Assembly (NCBI GenBank): GCA_028023455.1
Contig: JAQFVV010000006.1
Span: forward strand, 7,812,001-7,876,000
Length of the DNA: 64,000 nucleotides
Origin: Epiperipatus broadwayi
Lineage: Eukaryota > Animalia > Onychophora
Direction: 5' to 3'
Position numbers and translations under genes: made by a program
Part shown: piece by piece, positions 52,489-63,150 of the stretch
How the letters are laid out: every line of letters begins with the position of its first letter
How positions within the stretch are numbered: position 1 is the stretch's first letter
Notes under the pieces: generated by a model
Database searches by the model: none
Seen by the model: only the letters and a program-made list of their open reading frames with translations
What the model was told of the DNA's origin: nothing

Positions 52489-52975
52489 ACACATATATGC
52501 TATAAGTGCTCAGATATATATTAAGATAGCCAAACCTCACACTTTAATACATATATTGGTGATTATTTATCTTTTCAACATATATGTGTTCAAGTGTATC
52601 AGTGTTATGAGATAGTGTAGAGAGTGGTGGGTCATGTGAAAGTCTGTGCTCATATATCCTATATATTACATATATAGACACAGTTATATAATAAGCCTGT
52701 GTGTTTCAGTTATTACATAGTAGAGATGTCTGCCCATCCCTTGTATATGTATTAAATGGATTATGTCCTGTACATGAGGGGTCAGATTGACCTTAGGTCA
52801 ACATGGGTGTGACAAGAATCTTGGCCTCAGGGTGGCCTTTGAGCATTCCATCATCAGATTTTCAATTGGATGGACAGTTGAAGAGTTGGAGTGTGGAGTA
52901 GATTGAAGCCTGTCCATTAAAGTATGAGGTTTGGCTATCTTAATATATATCTGAGCACTTATAGCATATATGTGT

Positions 52976-53048
52976 AGAGATGGTAATCTGGACCAACTGA
53001 TGATTGCTGGTTTAGCATGAAATACGTATATTAGTGATTATTTATCTT
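52976..53048 (+). ncRNA. Type I hammerhead ribozyme (A1)
   Basis: ACCAA-CUGAUGA(52997)-UUGCUG/GUU/UAGCAU-GAAA-UACGU-AUA-UUAGU; perfect AUACGUAU palindrome; one stem I mismatch. Confidence 0.8.
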
Positions 53049-54409
53049 TTCAACATATATGGGTTCAAGTGTATCAGTGTTATGAGATAGTGTGGAGAGT
53101 GGTGGGTCAAGTGAAAGTCTGTGCTCATATACCTATATATTACATATATAGACACAGGTATATAATAAGCCTGTGTGTTTCAATTAAAAACTGAAGTAAA
53201 AATAATTAGTGCAAAAAATAGTATTTTCCCAGTAAATTTTCTACTGAAACAATATATGAAGAAATATAAGGGTTTTTTTAAAAAATAAATGACCTATTAA
53301 GAGGAATTGAATACTTTGAATTTTGTAAATTGCTACAAAAAGAATTACAAATGATATAAAAAATTATAATTCAGAAGTCGTATGGAAAACTAGAGAAGAG
53401 CATAAGTTTCAGAAGTGTAAAATGACATCTTGGTATTGGAAATGATGAAACTATGTTTAGAAAAGGGATAACATCATCAAATATGTCGAAAAGTTCCATA
53501 AAGAACTTATATAATAATATAAAATCCCTATTTTGTCTGTTGTCTGAATATATGTTTGTCCTTAATGCTTGGAGCACCTTCCGAATTTTTTATTCAGAGG
53601 TCACTCTGGTAAATAATCTTATTATATAAAATCCATACTTTGTCTATTATCCATAACACTGTCAAATTCAAAACAAAGCATATATTTTATTTATAGAGAA
53701 AACTATACTTAACTATATATAACTTACTTATCAAATATAACAGGTATATTTAAAAATTTAAATTTAAATTTAGCTTTATTAATACTTTAATTTATTGTGT
53801 ACACTTCAGAAATGTACCTTGCCAGATGATTTGAGAAGGATTTTGAGAGTAGTACTAGTGCATACATATGCAGTGTTCTAGGTTGAAATCCAAATTGTAT
53901 ATAATTTCAAAAGTTTTTCAGATTGTAACCAAACTTAGGATTTTTCTTTCTGACAGTTAATCCGTCCAACACTGTTTTGAAATGGATTAATAGACATTCT
54001 TCATTAGAATTCAAAATAAGAATGACTATACTTCTAAATTCTATCTCCCAGCAATTGGAAATCCTGTTGATTGCACCTTCAACTTACCAATACCTCTGCC
54101 TGGTCCATAGAAAAATCAATCACTCTAAAGTTGGCTATTTAAAGACTGTTTACTTTTAAATATATATTTATTGGTCTTTTCAATGTGTATTCTATATAAT
54201 GGATGTTGGAATTTTTTATTTTTTTTTGCTTAAAACCAATTTAAATTTTCAAATAAAAAAGGACTGACAAATAACTGTTACATGTTTTTTTTCTTTTTTA
54301 TGAAAAATGTTTATTCTAATAAGGTACAATTTTAGATCCATATTTTTCAAAATATGTCTTGTAATCTAAATAGTATGTAAATATGCGTGAGAACTAACAC
54401 ATATCACAA

Positions 54410-54580
54410 CTCTTGAAAATCCTTTACAAATCATCATAATGTCCATTTCCAGGCATTACTGAACACTACTAGATAAAGGTCTCTCCAAGTTCAATATGCA
54501 ACTTTTCCAATCCCTAGGATTTCTTCTCCACATCACACCAGCAAATTTCTTTATTTCATTTATCTATCACCTCATATGTG
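54410..54580 (-). mobile_element. RTE LINE 3' end fragment
   Basis: Reverse complement aatgaaataagaaatttgctggtgtgatgtggagaag...gaacttggagagaccttt. Confidence 0.65.
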
Positions 54581-54849
54581 ATTTTTTTCCTAACATTTCT
54601 AAAATATCTTGTTATCGACTTTAAACTTTATCCTTTTATCTATTATCATCTTTTGTAGGGTTGTTATTCTGAATTTTGAAGGCAAACCATAAATAATTTT
54701 TGTTGTTATTTTTAAAAAAACTTTTTCGTAATATAGGTAACTTTTTTTAAGTGATGAACATCCATCAACATTTCATAATTATTTTTAATTATTGTTTTCT
54801 TGAAAGACTATTCTTGTAATATAAAAAATGAGACTAATTTGATTTCAGT

Positions 54850-55600
54850 TTTCATTGAACAAATTAATATCAGAGTTGCATTAAAAAATTGAATGTACCT
54901 ATTGGTTTATGCCAATGATTTAGTCTTGTTTGGAAAAAGATAAGAAAGAGATTGAAGCCCTCATTCAGCATTCGATCTCCTCTTTGGAAAAAAATGGCTT
55001 CAATAGTGGATAAATCAAAATGTTCAGTGATTACTCAACACAATACACATGCACAGATTCACTGCTACATTTGAAAGAGTAAATGATTTTAAATGCTTAA
55101 GAAATGTGTTTAACAAAAAGTGTTAAGAAAGCAAAAAAATTGCAAAGTTCATGCACAACTAAAACACATTACTTTATTCTAAACATCATAAAAAATAAAA
55201 CATTCTCCAGAAAATTCAAGACATATATTTACAAACAGGTACACCTAATACTTATGTATACATGTAAGATTTGCACGAGGTCTAAAACAGATGAGCAGAA
55301 GTTAAGAGCTACAATATTGCACAGAATTTTAATTGCAGTGAAATATTACATTTTTCATTATCAACAGGATCTTTAAAAAAAGATAGGGAAAGAAGCCTGA
55401 TATTGTGACCAATATTATGGCTACAAAAATTAAATGGCAATGCTATGAGAGCACTAAAAGATGAAATGATAAATGTGGTCAGGGAAGAATTTTCTGTGAA
55501 AAAGACCAATATGGCATAGAAAATTCTGCTTTTGTAATGGTATAGAAAATAATCTAAAAGTCATGCAAATGCACAATAGAAAAATACATGTGACCAAAAA
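54850..55600 (+). pseudogene. Decayed RTE-like RT and C-terminal fragment
   Basis: LVYANDLVLF (YADD-like), ERVNDFKCL and KTYIYK...LMYTC motifs. Confidence 0.6.
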
Positions 55601-56051
55601 AACAGAAAAATATTGTAACATCAGCAGCAAAGAGCTAAATGATTTTTGACAGCATAAAAATAATAATTAGCAAAATAACTTATTAAATCTTAGGGTCTTC
55701 TCTAATAGTCCTTCCCATAGAAAATGAAAGAAAAGATTTTACTCACCAAATTTATCAATTTAGGGTGAGACTTCAAGCAGTTTATATCTTTGTTTTATGC
55801 TTTACATATAACAAAAAGCTTAACATCCATTTTCTGACCAATAGAGGATGGCTAGCTACATTGATTATAAACCAGCTATCTGAAAAAAATCTAAGTATGC
55901 TTAGAAGAAGAAAAAGTTGCATATCTATCAAGTCTGGTATCGAATTCTGGAAATGGAAATGAAAGAAGAATACCATTTCCTCACAATAAATGTTGCTTTT
56001 ATATATGAATATATAATTAAGTAAATTAGAAGATGATAAAAATACAAAACA

Positions 56052-56272
56052 TTTTTTTTCCTCATGTGTAATAGCATCAGCCGGGAAGCGAACCCACGAA
56101 CCCGGGACAACTGATTGTAAAGCAGCTGGCACTGACCTCTCGACCACAAATGCTTGACAAAGAATTTAAGTTTTTTCTCTCATGTGTCATAGCATCAGCC
56201 GGGAAGCGAACCCGCTAACCCGGGACAACTGCTTATAAAGCAGCTATCGCTGACTTCTCGACCACCAATGCA
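56052..56272 (-). mobile_element. Tandem pair of tRNA-Gly-like short SINEs
   Basis: Copies at 56052-56158 and 56171-56272, both with a duplicated gggtt..(g)ggttcg B-box region. Confidence 0.85.
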
Positions 56273-56371
56273 TAAGCAATAGCAGACGTACAACTAAATA
56301 ATTTATTATATGATACTCTCAACCCTTATGAATTTTCACAAATTCAAACTGACCACTATTTAAATGCTTAC

Positions 56372-56477
56372 CATACTTAATGGATTTTGCTAAATGCAGT
56401 GGCTGAGTGTTAGACTCTGGAGTATAAGATTCCAAAATTGATTCCAGTTCAGCACCTCCAGTGCTCAAATTTACAAA
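56372..56477 (-). CDS. Candidate coding exon (FVNLSTGGAELESILESYTPESNTQPLHLAKSIKY), product unknown
   Basis: Open frame, strong donor tatg|GTAAGC, weak acceptor tttactgtttcaaAG, non-repetitive composition. Confidence 0.35.
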
Positions 56478-57276
56478 CTTTGAAACAGTAAAGCCATTCA
56501 ATTACATTTCCCTCCACTATTACTTCAATAATTTTTCTTCTCTTAAAACATGACTCAGATCTATGATGAAAACATAACAAAGGAAAACTCATCTGGTAAT
56601 CATGTGCAAAACCATTAAACATTGAGCTTTTCGTAATTTCCTCTATCCATTACGTTAACTTTATTGTATAAGACATTATAATCATTAATCCATTTTATTT
56701 CAGTCAACACTTGAATTTGCCAATATATAAGTCTGTTAGTGATCAAAATCATTTCTATTGCTGCAAAATGTATCAACACTAGGAAAACCCTTCAAGCAAC
56801 AATGAAAAGTTTAAAAAGCAATGATAGGATAATGTTGGAAGAACATAATGGGAGAGACATTGAAGGTTTTAAAATTGAATCAATCCCTCTTTATCTATTA
56901 ATCAATAAAGATTGAAAACTGTTTGAATATTCTTATGACAATGACTAATACTAACATTTACTTTACACTGTTTCTCAAAAGTTTACAAAAAGTTGATTGA
57001 AGATGGCTGAAATTTTATTACTGAAAGCTGGCTAATTTTTATTTAAAATTATTTTTTTAATGAATTTCATTTACATTTTTATTACATATGCACTGCAGTA
57101 ATCTGTAGAAAAGATGCTACAAATCTAAGAAAATGAATTAAACTCAAAAATCTTCATCTAATAATGGGACTGATATTGATTAAAAATGATGATGAGTGAT
57201 CTATTTGGTTTAATTAATGGAAAATGAGAGACTCAAAAGCTAAATATTTCTAAAAGAAAGCTTAATATGTTATTTC

Positions 57277-57487
57277 TGGTGCTTGAATGTCACTTGACCT
57301 CCCAAACATCTAATCATTTTACTATTAAATATAATGGTGATGATGATCTGCATATAAATATATGTAAATGAAAGCATGACTTGGTGCTTGAATGTCACTT
57401 GACCTCCCAAACATCTAACCATTTTACTATTAAATATAATGGTGATGATGATCTGCATATAAATATATGTAAATGAAAGCATGACTT
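57277..57487. repeat. Near-perfect 105-bp tandem duplication
   Basis: Units start at 57277 and 57382 (tggtgcttgaatgtcac...). Confidence 0.95.
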
Positions 57488-57639
57488 ATTTTATTTGTCA
57501 CTTCCATTGAATGTATAAACATATATTGTAATTGCTCTAAAAAGGTAATACATGATCAACAATATAAAATAGTATTGTGATAGTTTATCCTTAAAAAAAT
57601 CCAAATGGTTTATTACTTGTGACTTCAGTAAAATGTTTG

Positions 57640-57745
57640 AGCATCAGAAGCAATAGATCTGGGCCATAATACATTAACCTTGAGCTCCAGAGTCTGCACT
57701 CTATTATTGCACTAAACCATGCAGAGAGGTTACTCACCCTCTCTC
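57640..57745 (-). mobile_element. Second tRNA-derived SINE family, decayed
   Basis: Reverse complement tgcatggtttagtgca...cagactctggagctcaagg matches the 15200-15362 copy. Confidence 0.45.
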
Positions 57746-58371
57746 CATACTAACTTAGCATAACATAATTTAAGATTTTGGTAAATCACTGTATGATAGA
57801 TGAATAAGGTTATAAACTTTATAGATGTTCATGTGAAATGATGGTAGTCATTACATTATGCACACACATATATTACACATTCATACAAATATAATAATAA
57901 ACAGCAATTTGTAAATAAGCATGGCCATTCAAATTCCAAAAACAAAAGAAGAGAGAGAAAGAACTATTCTAGAAATGAGTTTTGCGAAGACTATACAAAC
58001 AAGTCTGTGAACTACAAATATATTCAGTTTTAGAGAATACTGATTCATTTTTCTCTTTCTTTACTTGATATTTTATGATGCCGTTGTTTAGTTTTCTATA
58101 AAGAAGTAAAACTCAGATAACTTAATTTATTGTATGGATGTGAAAGTTGGACATCCTATCGATGTAATATAAAGGGCATTAAAAAAGCTCCATTTAAGAA
58201 TGTTCCATAAAATTTTAAAAATATAATAACAAGGTCATAAAAATAATCAATTTGTTCTTCAAGTTTCTGGATGTGATTCTATTGAATCCACTATGGTAAA
58301 ATCGCACTTTTGTAAGACTTTCTAAAAGAGCAATTTACAGTGAATGTGAATATGGTTTCCATCTACATTAA

Positions 58372-60331
58372 CCCTTTTCCCGCCTCTTACGAGGCCTCTC
58401 GTCAACAGTTGATGTCACTCTAATTCCGTTATTTTTAATGCTAGGATATTCGTTTGACAGGTATTGATTAGGTTTTTAAAAGTTCTGTAAGATGGTGCTC
58501 TCTTCTGAATTATTTTACAAGTAAAAAATCAATAAAACCGCATTTAAAGCTAAACAAAGAAAGAAGCTTTTCAGTGATTGGCTGTCAGCCGGCTCTCAGC
58601 CGAAAAAGACATTCTGATTGGCTGGAAAGAACAAAGAAACCGCTGAGATTTTCATTTCAAATGTGATTTAAGGTTTAAAAAAAGTATATTCTGGGAAATT
58701 AAAATCATTTCCACAGGGTATACTAAAAAAAACAAAATTATTTTCGAAAAATATTGAAGATTTTAGTAAAAATATTTAAGATTTAGCAAAAAGAAATCTT
58801 TACTTTTCCATGACGTAAAATTGAAAAAAAGCATTTACATCAGCATTTTTTTGTTTATACGTTCACTTTTAAATTTGCTGAAATTGAATATTTTATAATA
58901 AATAAATAGCAATTTATTTTTGAAAGAACTTTCGTTCACTTTCATAACCTGAAAAATTAGTAATATATTTTTTATAAACATATCTGTGTTGAATTTAATA
59001 TTATAGGCAAATATGTTTTAACAATAGGCTTTGTCTTCAGTTTGTGAGTTGGCCAATTAAAAGATTTGATTTTTACCTCATACAACCAATAATATAATTA
59101 GCGGTTTAAAGGTTAAAAGAATTATCTCAAATGTACAAATATAATGTTACTAATTTAATAATAATATGCTAAAAACAATGAAAACTTAAAATTTTTAAAA
59201 GGGACGGGGAAGGGGTGTGTGTGAGTATGTAGATATATATAAGAGCAAAAAAATGACTAAAGGTAAATCTTCGATTCTAGAAGTATGACCCCTCCTCCAT
59301 AGGTAAAGATGTATCATAATACAGTCATACTTTTTAAGCAACAAACACAACATCATACATGCGATCAAATCAAATTATGCTGGGATATTTACATTCTAAA
59401 TTAAAATAAATAGATACTCATTTTGTGACTAATACCACTAATACCAAATAATTATATAGTGGGATTATGAATGATTAAATGACAAAAAAAATCCTTTATG
59501 ACTTAAAAAAATGGCCAAGGTTCATATGGTTTGGACTCAAATATCAGGTCATGATCATGGTGGGTGAATAGGCTAATATACCACACATCTTTAAAACTAC
59601 ACAACTAATATATCAATTAATATATACTTTATATATACATCATAAATGTTAAGTATATAAATATCCGGACATTTAACACAGAAAAAGTAGGCATATGTTT
59701 ATAAATTTAAGTTTTTATTCATGCTTAGCATGTTTTTGATATATTATATCATAATCCTATGTTTATCTTTTCTGTGTTACATGTCTGAACATTTATATAG
59801 TTAACGCTACAAATGTACAGAAAAGAGACAATAATTCTAGATATCGAAATACATCATAAATGTATCTATATATAAAATATTATCGTAATTTCATAAAATC
59901 CAATATGCATTAAGTAATAGCCTAAGTCTTATCGTATTCTAACAAGTATTAGATTATTCCTCAAGATAAGTACTTTAAAATTCCAGTCATTCAGTCAAGC
60001 AAACAAAAACACTCTTTTTTTTCAATATTTATACAATTTTTTTTAAAATAAATAAATCAATATGTTGATCTGTTATTAACGATAAATATCAAAAATATAT
60101 TTTTTTTAATAACAAGCCTTGGGTTAGCTTAATAAAAACATATTTCTATAAAAAGCAATCTTTACAAAATTAAAATTAAAAAAAAAAATCCGGTTAATGT
60201 GCATTTAAAGTCCTCATTTTATAAATAATATTATTATTTATCACAGAAATAGCCAGAGCAATCAATTATTAATATTATTTCATGAAAAATTAACCAACGA
60301 GTTAAAAAAAAAAAATCCGGACGGAAAAGGG
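58372..60331. mobile_element. Non-autonomous piggyBac-like element (1960 bp)
   Basis: TTAA at 58368-58371 and 60332-60335; TIRs CCCTTTTCCCGCC vs CCCTTTTCCGTCC (11 of 13); subterminal acgag-gcct-ctcgt hairpin; no transposase seen. Confidence 0.75.
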
Positions 60332-62026
60332 TTAAATACATATTTAATAAAAATACGATAATTGTTAACCGCCTCTGCACTAGATTTAATTTGATGATTA
60401 TAAAAATAAAATCTCTAATAAATTATACTATACATCGTAATTTTCCGTAAACAACCAGTATTTTTTTTTTTACTTTGTTTAATAGCAGTATTCGTTTACT
60501 TAAAACATTTTTTTTTTAATCCGACAAAGAACATTACAAAAATATATTTATAGCGAGATAAGCAAAATAAAGTCAAAAACAATTTCTGACATGAATGTAA
60601 ACTAAAAAATAAATTAATTTAATACTTAAATAAATTCACATTAAAAAAAAAAACAATCTCTATATTTATCATTTTTTCATAAACAATATGGAATTAGTCA
60701 AAATATATACTTGAGTATCACATGATCCGTTTGTCGTATAAATCAAATCCTACGTTAATAGCTGTGATTTAAGACCAGACTATAAGACTTAAAACAACTT
60801 GTGCACAAATGGGTAGGAAATGGACATTACATTTAATAAGAAAAATCAAAATAATGGCAATAAAAATTGGGGGGGGGGGGATATAAAGGAAGTTAAACAA
60901 AGGAAATAAATCACTCTCCCTCCAGGATATGAATTAAAAGCACTCCAAATAGTGAGCAAAGTATCAAGAATAGAATGAATCCACCTATTCTTGTAGTTCT
61001 GGTGTTTTATAACCATACTTTTGTCAACATTGATGGTATTTCAGAATAAAATTAATTTATCAGCCACATGTTTACATATATATTGAACTATATTATAGAG
61101 GAAGTTAATGAATATAATTATTAGGAATCATTTTACAAAACCAAAATGATTATTAGAAAAATTGGGAAATAAAATTAACAAATCATGTTAAAACATATAT
61201 ACTAAGATGCCAAACAACTATCACAGTTTATATGCTTTGAAAAAATGTCACAATAAGAACTGTATGAAATAATAACTTCAGACTATCATAATTTATGAAA
61301 GAAATATGATACCAGGATTACCATCGGGGGGGAAAAAATATCATTATGTATTTAGGTAAGATGTTAGGTTTTCTAGCAAGAAATATAAAAAAAAAAAACA
61401 CTTTGAATTCATACATGTGAATAGCAAATGAAGAAATTAAAAGAGAGAGCTACAGAAAACAAGATGAAAATGCTATATAGTTTGCAATAATAGATCAGTA
61501 GTTTTTAAATAAGTTTAAGGAAAGGACATGTATCAAGATAAATGTAAAAGAAATGACCGATATGTAAAAGAAATGACCAATATTAAACTGTCACACTGGC
61601 CAGATGTAGAAGAAAAGGGAATAGTACTATTTGATATGTTGTATTCTGTATTAATCTGGCTGTTACTATTCAAAGTTCTATATATATTTATAAAAGTACA
61701 AATAAAGTTTGAATTTCTATAAAAAAATATGTAAGAATTCAACTAGGTGATGGAAACATCCAATATATTACTATATGTTAAATACATGATGAAACTGGAT
61801 ATATCTTTTTGAAAAATGTGACTTCAAATATGCATTATTCATTCACAATATCTAATTATAGTAAATCAATATAGTGATAAAAATGCAATAACCGCAACGT
61901 TAAAAATGTGTAGAATTTTATTAAATCATACGCTGAGCACTTTTAAGAGACACGGCTCTCATATTCATAGCTCTTATTGTATAATGGCTGTTAGTTTAAT
62001 CATATGCAAATATATGCAACTTTTAA

Positions 62027-63150
62027 GCATTCCATTTCTTGGATATGGAGTAACATGATTCTTTCTGGTTGATGGTGCTGCAATCCATTGCGATTCAGCA
62101 GGCTTCTGTCACCTTGCATTTTACATCATTTTCTTCTCTGCAAACCAAGCTTATTGTCTGCAGTTCACATGGATGTCCTGCTTTCTTTTGGTGCTGCATA
62201 AAGATGGAATTATATGCTGGATCTGCTTGTGCCTTGGTGCATAAGTATTTGTGCTGGGAAAGTCTAGTTTCTAATGATGCCTTAGTTTCCCCATAATATG
62301 AAGATTTGTAATTCTTTTGAGGGCATATAATGTTGTAGACAGCTTGTGGTGTTTGAGAAAGTGGTAATCGGCCCTTTGTGTTGTTAATTAATCTGTTAGA
62401 AGAATTAGGAGGGGTGTGAAAACATAACTGAAAGCTTCTGCCAAAAATTGAGTAAAGTTTTTTATGCATGTTTGGTACATATGGTAATAGCAGCCTGTGG
62501 GTGTTTGCATTTACTGTGTTGTTGGTAAATCTGTTTTGGAAATGCCTGATTTTTCTGTCGATGATGCCTTGCTTGAAATCTACGCTTAATAATTCTTCTC
62601 TGTATGCTGCTAGGTTTGATTTCTTGCCTGCTTCAAATTTGCATAGTTGTTGATTTCTGTGGAGGAAAGATGTAAGGCCTGCCAGTTTATAGCTTGTGGG
62701 AGTGTTGGAACTGGGATGAATATGATCTCTTATTTTGGATGAATTCATTGTCATCTTGTAGTTAAGATGTGTGTTTTCGCGCTGCACTTGTATGTGTAGG
62801 TAATTCACCTGCTTGCTATGGTCCTCCCATTCACTATTTAATGTTAATAGTGAACTGTTATGTAATTCATTTTTGATTTTTTCTATTACTTCTGCCTTAG
62901 CAGCTATGAACAAATCATCTACGTATCATGTGTAAATTTTGAGATGTGCTGGATTTTCATACTTTGGTAAAATTTGCTCTTCATGGTGGTTGAGCACTAT
63001 GCTTGCCATGATGCTACTTGTTGGCAAGCCCATTGTGATAACATTCTTCATAGTATCCTGATTATATTTCATAAAACATCCTTAAATTCAAACTTGGTAA
63101 AGCAACAGACTGAAGTCATGTTCTTCATTATTTGGTAGAAGCTTTATATC
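62027..63150 (-). pseudogene. Penelope-like RT (C-terminal part) + GIY-YIG endonuclease
   Basis: MGLPTSSIMA (~63005-63034), YVDD (62914-62925), then the 272-aa ORF with LPYV, AVYNIICP...YYGETK..LETRLSQH; a few in-frame stops. Confidence 0.85.

Larger units (their letters stand above)
52375..53215 (+). mobile_element. Family A1 cluster: inverted HHR segment + partial tandem defining a 475-nt monomer
   Basis: 52375-52547 inverted; 52548-52715 closely matches 53023-53205; equivalent post-cleavage positions at 52556 and 53031. Confidence 0.9.

Noticed and set aside
720-61742. Most 60-130 aa ORFs in the supplied track as genes
   Set aside because: They are antisense or off-frame readings of repeats or low-complexity AT-rich sequence with no recognisable domains.
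61925-61975. HHR downstream of the Penelope ORF (GAGA/UCUC hairpin on the minus strand)
   Set aside because: No CUGANGA or GAAA core and no stem I.
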